A stretch of 41,742 bases of DNA from positions 1-41,742 of the forward strand of contig JBCCXZ010000034.1 of assembly GCA_039190745.1 (NCBI GenBank), written 5' to 3'. This stretch comes from Planctomycetota bacterium (GTDB lineage: Bacteria > Planctomycetota > Planctomycetia > Pirellulales > Lacipirellulaceae). The position numbers and the translations under genes are program-made. The notes beneath the pieces were generated by a model, which saw only the letters and a program-made list of their open reading frames with translations, was not told the DNA's origin and ran no database searches. Of this stretch, positions 35,876-41,742 are shown piece by piece. Position 1 is the stretch's first letter. Every line of letters starts with the position of its first letter.

Positions 35876-37348
35876 ATGCCGTCTGACTGGACCGCAGAAC
35901 AGTTCGCCCAACGGGTGCTCGACGTCGGCATCGTTTCCGAGGCCGACCTCCGCGAGGTCTGGAGCGAGCTCGGCACGAAGAACGTCGAGGTCGAGGCCAT
36001 CAAGCAGCTCATGATGGGCCGTGGCCTGGTCACCAATTACCAAGTCGACCGGGTGATGCAGGGCATCAAGGCCGGCTACTTCTACGGCGACTACAAGGTG
36101 CTCTACCTGGTGGGCGCCGGCACGTTTGCCCGGGTCTACCGCGCTACGCACCGCAAAACCAAAACGCTCTATGCGCTGAAGGTCCTGCGCAAGAGTATGA
36201 GCGAGAACCCGAAAGACACCGAGCAGTTCCGCCGTGAGGGCGAGCTCGGCGCGACGCTCCAGCACCCGAACATCGTCGCGATCCACGAGGTCGTCAGCCA
36301 GGGCAAGGTCCACTACATCGTGATGGACTTTGTTGAGGGCCACAACCTGCGCGACTTCTTCAAGATCCGCGGCCGCTTCGACCCCGTCGAGGCCACCCGC
36401 ATCACCGCCGACATCGCCGCGGGGCTCAACTTCGCGTTCCAGAAGGGCGTCACGCACCGCGACCTGAAGATGTCCAACGTGTTGCTCTCCAGCAGCGGCG
36501 AGGCGAAGCTCGTCGACTTCGGATTGGCCGGCGTCGGCGGCGTTGAGGGCGACGAGGCCAACCCCCGCACCATCGACTACGCCGGGCTGGAACGGGCCAC
36601 CAACGTCCGCAAGGACGACACGCGCAGCGACATCTTCTTCCTCGGCTGCATCTACTACCAGCTGATGAGCGGCCAGCCGGCGATCTCCGAGACCCGCGAG
36701 CGGGCCCAGCGGCTCACCAAGGCCCGCTACCAAGAAATCAAGCCCATCGCACAGATCTGGCCCGACCTGCCGCTGCACTTTGTGCGTGTGGTCAACAAGG
36801 CGCTCGAGTTCGACCCGGCCCGTCGTTACCAGACCCCGGGCGAGATGTTCGCTGACCTCAAGATCGCCATCAAGCGGGTCGACGAGCGCGGGGAACACGG
36901 CAATGCCAAGCAGGTCGACAAGTCGCTCGAAGGCCTCGGCGCCGACGGCGAGGCCCGCCGGCTGATGATTGTCGAGTCCGACAACAAAATGCAGGACGTG
37001 CTCCGCGACCTGTTCAAGAAACGCGGCTACCGGGTGCTCGTCACCAGCGACCCCGACCGGCTGTTCGAGAGGTTCTACGAGAACAGCCAGATGGCCGACA
37101 TCCTGCTGATCAGTTCCGGCGGCATCGGGGCCGGGGCCGTGAACGCCTTCAACCGACTGAGCACCGAGACCTGCACCCGTGACATCCCGGCGGTGCTGCT
37201 GCTGGGCGACCAACAAGGAGCCTGGAAAGACCAGGCCGAATCGGGCCCAATCCGCGAAGTGCTCACCATGCCCGTCAAAGGCCGTGAGCTCCGCAAGGCG
37301 GTGCTCACCGTAGTGGCGGGGGCACAGCAAAGCGCGGGCCCCGCGTAA
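35876..37348 (+). CDS. Ser/Thr protein kinase with C-terminal pseudo-receiver domain
   Basis: VGAGTFARVY, ALKVL, HPNIV, HRDLKMSN, DFG, RSDIFFLG. C-terminal RLMIVESD...GYRVLV...DILLISS...IPAVLL...LTMPV. Confidence 0.92.
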   Translation: MPSDWTAEQFAQRVLDVGIVSEADLREVWSELGTKNVEVEAIKQLMMGRGLVTNYQVDRVMQGIKAGYFYGDYKVLYLVGAGTFARVYRATHRKTKTLYALKVLRKSMSENPKDTEQFRREGELGATLQHPNIVAIHEVVSQGKVHYIVMDFVEGHNLRDFFKIRGRFDPVEATRITADIAAGLNFAFQKGVTHRDLKMSNVLLSSSGEAKLVDFGLAGVGGVEGDEANPRTIDYAGLERATNVRKDDTRSDIFFLGCIYYQLMSGQPAISETRERAQRLTKARYQEIKPIAQIWPDLPLHFVRVVNKALEFDPARRYQTPGEMFADLKIAIKRVDERGEHGNAKQVDKSLEGLGADGEARRLMIVESDNKMQDVLRDLFKKRGYRVLVTSDPDRLFERFYENSQMADILLISSGGIGAGAVNAFNRLSTETCTRDIPAVLLLGDQQGAWKDQAESGPIREVLTMPVKGRELRKAVLTVVAGAQQSAGPA

Positions 37349-37378
37349 GCATGCACCTCTCCGATCCTCCCGCCGCGG

Positions 37379-37834
37379 CTAACAGCAGGAGTTGTCCTTC
37401 TCGATCCCGGCGATCTTGTCGATCCGACGGGAGTGGCGCCCCCCTTCGAACTCGGTGTCGACCCACACGTCGACGATCCGTTCGGCGCTCCGGGGGCTGA
37501 GCATGTCGGCGGGGAGGCAGAGCAGGTTCAGGTCGTTGTGCCGTCGGCTGATCTCGGCGGTCACCTCGTCGGAGCAGGGCGCCGCGCGGACGCCCGCGAA
37601 CTTGTTGGCCGTAATCGCCATCCCGATGCCCGTGCCGCAGATCAGCACGCCCCGGTCGACCTCGCCGCTGCCGACCTTCGAGGCCACCTCTTTCGCGAAG
37701 TCGGGGTAATCAACCGAGTCGTCCGCGCTCTCCGCGCCGACGTCGTCCACCGTGTGGCCCTTGGTGGCTAGCAGGGCGACGAGCTTCTCTTTGAGATGGT
37801 AGCCGCGATGATCGCTGCCAAGCGAGATCTTCAT
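37379..37834 (-). CDS. rpiB: Ribose-5-phosphate isomerase B
   Basis: GSDHRG, SVDYPD, LICGTGIGM, ANKFAGVRAA, HND, FEGGRH. Confidence 0.97.
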   Translation of the reverse strand: MKISLGSDHRGYHLKEKLVALLATKGHTVDDVGAESADDSVDYPDFAKEVASKVGSGEVDRGVLICGTGIGMAITANKFAGVRAAPCSDEVTAEISRRHNDLNLLCLPADMLSPRSAERIVDVWVDTEFEGGRHSRRIDKIAGIEKDNSCC

Positions 37835-37922
37835 TACGGGTGGAGCCTTTGGGTTGCGGTAGAAAAGCCGTGCCCCGAGGCACCTATGATAGCGAATCGG
37901 GGGGCGTCCTTGCGAGCGCCGA

Positions 37923-39047
37923 TTACGAGATCGGGCGTTCGTTCAGTCGACGCTTCAGGGCCTCCTCGATTTGCGTCGCACAATCCTCGTAGACCTCGAG
38001 CGACCCGCCGATCGGGTCGTCGACGTCCAGGCCCTCGCCGCGCAGGGTTTCCACCCTCGGGCCGCTGTCGGGCCACCGCGTCACGATGGCCCGCTGGTGC
38101 GAGCCAGTCAGCGTGAGCACCCGGTCGGCCTGCCGGATCAGGTTGTCGGTGAGCGGCTGAGACCTGTGGGACGAGAGATCAATGCCCCGAGAATCCATCA
38201 CCTGCACGGCTTCCGGGCTCGCTGGGTAGCCGGGAGCCGCGGCGATGCCGGCCGAAACGACCGAGACGCCCTGTTGTTCGATCTCGTCCGGGCGACACCC
38301 CAGTTGCTCGCCGATGAGCTCGCGGGCGATCGCCTCGGCCATCGGGCTACGGCAAGTGTTGCCGGTGCACACCAGCAGGATGGTCATCCCGGCCAGCCGC
38401 TCCAGAGCCGACGCGGCCACCACGCCTTCGCGGAGAACCGTGTAATCGGTGTCGCCGGCCTTTACCACGGTCGAGGCCTGGCCGTACCGGCAAGGCCCGT
38501 CGTCGAGCACCAAAGCGACTTCGTCCCCCAGTGCTTCCATTGCCTCGGCGGCGGTTGTGGGGTCCGGGCCGCCCGAGAGGTTGGCGCTGGTCAGGGCGAT
38601 CGGACCGGCGAGCATCCGCAGCACCTCCAGAACCACGTCGTTCGCGGGCACGCGGAAGCCCACGGTGTTGTTTGGTGCGACCGCAGAGCGGGAGAAATGC
38701 GGCAGCTGCGAGAGCAGCCCCAGCTCTTCGCCGTGCTCCACCACCAGGGTGATCGGCCCCGGCCAGCAGCGCCGCGCGAGCCGCTCGGCCACCGCCCCGG
38801 GGTTGGGCACGAAGTCCAAAGCGTCTTCAGCGCTCCGCACGGCCAGCGTAACCGGCTGGTCCAAAGAGTCCCCCTTGGCCTCGGCCAGCCGGCGGATGCC
38901 CGCCTCGCTCCGCGCGCTGGCGCCCAGGCCGTAGACCGTCTCGGTGGGGAAGACCACCAACCCGCCCTCGACCAGGGTCTGAACCGCCCGGTGGACGACA
39001 TCCCGCGAGTCGTCGGCTTGCCTCACGTCGATCAGGAGTGGCGGCAT
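37923..39047 (-). CDS. TsaC/YrdC-like domain fused to low-molecular-weight phosphatase (YwlE-like)
   Basis: FPTETVYGL, WPGPITLV, VGFRVP and LTSANLSG, then LLVCTGNTCRSPMAEA and DVDDPIGG. Confidence 0.93.
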   Translation of the reverse strand: MPPLLIDVRQADDSRDVVHRAVQTLVEGGLVVFPTETVYGLGASARSEAGIRRLAEAKGDSLDQPVTLAVRSAEDALDFVPNPGAVAERLARRCWPGPITLVVEHGEELGLLSQLPHFSRSAVAPNNTVGFRVPANDVVLEVLRMLAGPIALTSANLSGGPDPTTAAEAMEALGDEVALVLDDGPCRYGQASTVVKAGDTDYTVLREGVVAASALERLAGMTILLVCTGNTCRSPMAEAIARELIGEQLGCRPDEIEQQGVSVVSAGIAAAPGYPASPEAVQVMDSRGIDLSSHRSQPLTDNLIRQADRVLTLTGSHQRAIVTRWPDSGPRVETLRGEGLDVDDPIGGSLEVYEDCATQIEEALKRRLNERPIS

Positions 39048-39138
39048 CGGCGGCAGCCGGGTTAAACCGGCCGCGGGTCGTGGTGAGAGGTAGCAACAGC
39101 GAGCGAGGCTAACTGCTTAGGACAGAAGCCATTAGAGC

Positions 39139-39158
39139 CTATATTCTCACGAATATAG
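39139..39158. promoter_or_regulatory. Perfect palindrome in divergent promoter region
   Basis: CTATATTC-TCAC-GAATATAG. Confidence 0.5.
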
Positions 39159-39301
39159 TGCTCCGACGCCCGCAGGGTCAACTAACGGCCGGTGAGACGA
39201 CCGCTCTGCCAAGGAGCCGATTTTCTTGACGACCCTCGAAGCGGTATCATTCGATGGTAGCTGCTGCATGCTCAGACAGCCGCGCCTGACAGGAGCCCGG
39301 G

Positions 39302-40267
39302 TTGCAAAGAAAACGAGCCATCGCTTCGAACACCGGCCGACGGGTTACGCCAGGCGTGCTGGCGGCGGCGTGGGTTTGCCTGGCGGCCTGCGGCTGCGTC
39401 CCGAGCGACCCCGACCTCCGCGCCATCGAAACCATCTGGGGCCAGCGCGGCCTTGGCCCGGGCAAACTGCAGAAGCCAAGGGCGATTGCCATCGATCAGG
39501 CCGACCGGGTCTACCTGGTCGACATGACCGCCCGCGTCCAGGTCTTCGACCGCGACGGCCAGTTCCTCCACGGTTGGAAAACACCCAACAGCACCAACGG
39601 CCGGCCCTCCGGCCTGACCGCCGCCAGCGACGGCAATGCGCTGCTGGTGGCCGACACACATTACTACCAGATGCTCGTCTACGCCCCGGACGGCGAGCTA
39701 CAAACCGACCGCACCATCGGCGGAGCCCAGGGCAGGGGGGAGGGCGAGTTCGGATTCGTCACCGACGCGGTGCAGGACTCCGCCGGCAACTACTACGTCG
39801 GCGAGTACGGCGACTTCGACCGCATCCAGAAATTCGGCCCCGAAGGCGAGTTCCTCCTCCAGTGGGGCGGCCACGGCTCGGAGCCCGGCCAGTTCCGCCG
39901 ACCGCAGAACCTGCTCGTCGACAGCCAAGACCGCATCTGGGTCGCCGACGCCTGCAACCACCGCATCCAAGTCTTCTCTACCGCCGGCGAGCTGCTGTTC
40001 CACTGGGGCGAGGAGGGCAGCCAGCCCGGTCAGCTCTATTACCCCTACGACCTCGACTTCGACCCCGACGGCCACCTCGTCGTCTGCGAGTACGGCAACC
40101 ACCGCGTACAAAAATTCACCGTCGACGGCGAGTCGCTCGCCTGTTGGGGGGCCGAGGGCCGCGCCCCCGGCCAGCTCCACAACCCCTGGGCGCTCGCGGT
40201 CGACAGCCGCGGCAGCATCCACGTCGTCGATTCCAATAACCACCGCGTCCAACGCATCCAGCTCTAG
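39302..40267 (+). CDS. NHL-repeat beta-propeller lipoprotein
   Basis: LAACGC lipobox-like; repeats such as PGQFRRPQNLLVD...WVADACNHRIQVF. Start uncertain. Confidence 0.92.
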   Translation: MQRKRAIASNTGRRVTPGVLAAAWVCLAACGCVPSDPDLRAIETIWGQRGLGPGKLQKPRAIAIDQADRVYLVDMTARVQVFDRDGQFLHGWKTPNSTNGRPSGLTAASDGNALLVADTHYYQMLVYAPDGELQTDRTIGGAQGRGEGEFGFVTDAVQDSAGNYYVGEYGDFDRIQKFGPEGEFLLQWGGHGSEPGQFRRPQNLLVDSQDRIWVADACNHRIQVFSTAGELLFHWGEEGSQPGQLYYPYDLDFDPDGHLVVCEYGNHRVQKFTVDGESLACWGAEGRAPGQLHNPWALAVDSRGSIHVVDSNNHRVQRIQL

Positions 40268-40286
40268 GCCCGCACGGTAACACCGC

Positions 40287-41742
40287 ATGTTCCAGCACAG
40301 CGTGGTCTTCGACAGCCCCGGGTACCTGCTGCTGCTGTTGCTGCTGCCGGTGTTCTGGCGGCTCGGCTACCACAGCCTCTCCGGGCTGGGCCGCTGGCGG
40401 CGTTGGGCGGCGCTCGGCGTCCGCACGCTCGTGGCACTCCTCATCATCCTGGCGCTAGCCGACGCGCAGTACCAGCGTAAGAGCGACGACCTGGCCGTGG
40501 TCTACCTGCTCGACCAGTCGCTCAGCATCCCCGCCGAGCAGCGGGAAGAGATGTTGAGGTTTGTGACCACTTCCATCGACGCCGCCCGCGACTCAACGAA
40601 GCAGGACCGCTACGCCGTCATCGTCTTCGGCCGCGACGCCGCCGTGGAAGTGCCGCTCGTCGAGACCGACGTGCCCACCCCTTCGCGCGTCGAGAGCCTG
40701 CTCGACCCCGAGTATTCCGACCTAGCCACCGCAATGCAGCGGGCCAAGGCGCTGTTCCCCTACGACGCCGCCAAACGCATCGTCCTGGTGACCGACGGCA
40801 ACGAGAACCTCGGCGACGCGTACCGAGAGGCCCGTTCGGCGGCCGCCTCCGGCGTGAGCATCGACGTGGTGCCGATCGTCGTCAGCGCCCGCGGCGAGGT
40901 CTCGGTCGAGAAGATCGACCTCCCCGCCAACGCTCGCAAGGGCCAGCCGTTCGACATGCGCGTTGTGCTCAACAACGACGCCCCCGTGGGCTCCGGCTCA
41001 GAAGTGGAGGGCCGGCTGCTGGTGGTCCGCAAGGCCGGCGACCGGGAGGAGCCGTTTGTCGAGCAGCGCGTCACCGTCCCGCCCGGCAAGCGGGTCTTCA
41101 GCGTGCCGCAGGAAGTGCAGGACCCCGACTTCTACACCTACGAGGCCCGCTTCATCCCCGACGACCCCGCCGCCGACGGCATGGTGCAGAACAACACCGC
41201 CACGGGTTTCGTCCAGGTCCGCGGCAAGGGCCACGTGTTGTTCCTAGAAAACTGGGACAAGCAGGGCGAGTTCGACTACCTCGTCGATCGGCTCCGCGAG
41301 GCCGAGATCGCCGTTACGACCCGGGGCACCGATCGGCTCTACACCTCGCTGGCCGAGTTGCAGCGGTACGACTGTGTCGTGCTGGGCAACGTTTCCCGCT
41401 CCAGCGGCGACGACGCCGACAACGTCGCCAGCTTCAGCAACGACCAGATCGAAATGCTGGTGCGCAACACCCGCGAACTCGGTTGCGGCCTGGTGATGAT
41501 CGGCGGCCCCGAGTCCTTCGGTATCGGCGGCTGGACCAACACCGAGCTGGAGAAGGCCATGCCAGTCGACTTCCAGATCAAGGCCGCCAAGGTCACGCCC
41601 GTCGGTGCGCTGGTGCTCATGATGCACGCCGGCGGGCGTGACCTTGGCGGCCTTGATCTGGAAGTCGACTGGCATGGCCTTCTCCAGCTCGGTGTTGGTC
41701 CAGCCGCCGATACCGAAGGACTCGGGGCCGCCGATCATCACC
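40287..41742 (+). CDS. VWA-domain membrane protein with downstream glutamine-amidotransferase-like domain (partial; end affected by fold-back)
   Basis: Translated by hand from ATG 40287: MFQHSVVFDSPGYLLLL..., YLLDQSLS (MIDAS), RIVLVTDGNEN, GLVMIGGPESFGIGGW. Missing from the ORF track, consistent with no stop inside the window. Confidence 0.88.
   Translation, partial: MFQHSVVFDSPGYLLLLLLLPVFWRLGYHSLSGLGRWRRWAALGVRTLVALLIILALADAQYQRKSDDLAVVYLLDQSLSIPAEQREEMLRFVTTSIDAARDSTKQDRYAVIVFGRDAAVEVPLVETDVPTPSRVESLLDPEYSDLATAMQRAKALFPYDAAKRIVLVTDGNENLGDAYREARSAAASGVSIDVVPIVVSARGEVSVEKIDLPANARKGQPFDMRVVLNNDAPVGSGSEVEGRLLVVRKAGDREEPFVEQRVTVPPGKRVFSVPQEVQDPDFYTYEARFIPDDPAADGMVQNNTATGFVQVRGKGHVLFLENWDKQGEFDYLVDRLREAEIAVTTRGTDRLYTSLAELQRYDCVVLGNVSRSSGDDADNVASFSNDQIEMLVRNTRELGCGLVMIGGPESFGIGGWTNTELEKAMPVDFQIKAAKVTPVGALVLMMHAGGRDLGGLDLEVDWHGLLQLGVGPAADTEGLGAADHH
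41492..41742. repeat. Perfect 110-bp inverted duplication at the window end (probable fold-back chimera)
   Basis: 41633-41742 is the exact reverse complement of 41492-41601, with a 31-nt spacer. Confidence 0.93.

Noticed and set aside
41244..41741. 165-aa minus-strand ORF resembling part of the VWA protein
   Set aside because: Created by the terminal inverted duplication; not an independent gene.

Overview
A GC-rich core-genome segment, almost certainly from a planctomycete (Pirellulales/Lacipirellulaceae-like). This is inferred from the 16S 3' signature and from the DUF1559, DUF1598, dockerin/PEP-CTERM and planctomycete-type kinase genes. The window opens in the 3' end of a 16S rRNA gene that is followed by a terminator rather than tRNA/23S, so the rRNA genes are unlinked. 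About 33 CDS follow: VOC protein, fused pxpBC, pxpA, sulfatase, dinB, pyrC, Crp/Fnr regulator, zf-HC2 membrane protein, six-repeat YHS protein, two glycosyltransferases, SDR, miaE, leuB, PEP-CTERM protein, DUF1559, MscS, HNH nuclease, thermonuclease, a DUF11 operon, DUF1598, glycerate kinase, kinase-pseudoreceiver, rpiB, a TsaC-phosphatase fusion, NHL protein and a partial VWA protein. No transposase, integrase, phage gene, reverse transcriptase or CRISPR array was seen. The most interesting signals are: (1) tandem TACA-N2-TGTA palindromes over a probably leaderless dinB promoter, a candidate planctomycete SOS operator; (2) a degenerate TsaC fused to a YwlE-type (phospho-arginine) phosphatase, near an atypical kinase whose receiver domain has Ser in place of the phospho-Asp; (3) two sigma54 promoters with candidate IHF/enhancer sites; (4) a CRP box next to the Crp gene; (5) structured intergenic elements. 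The last 110 bp are a fold-back copy that is probably an artefact. All family calls come from motif recognition by eye, not database searches.
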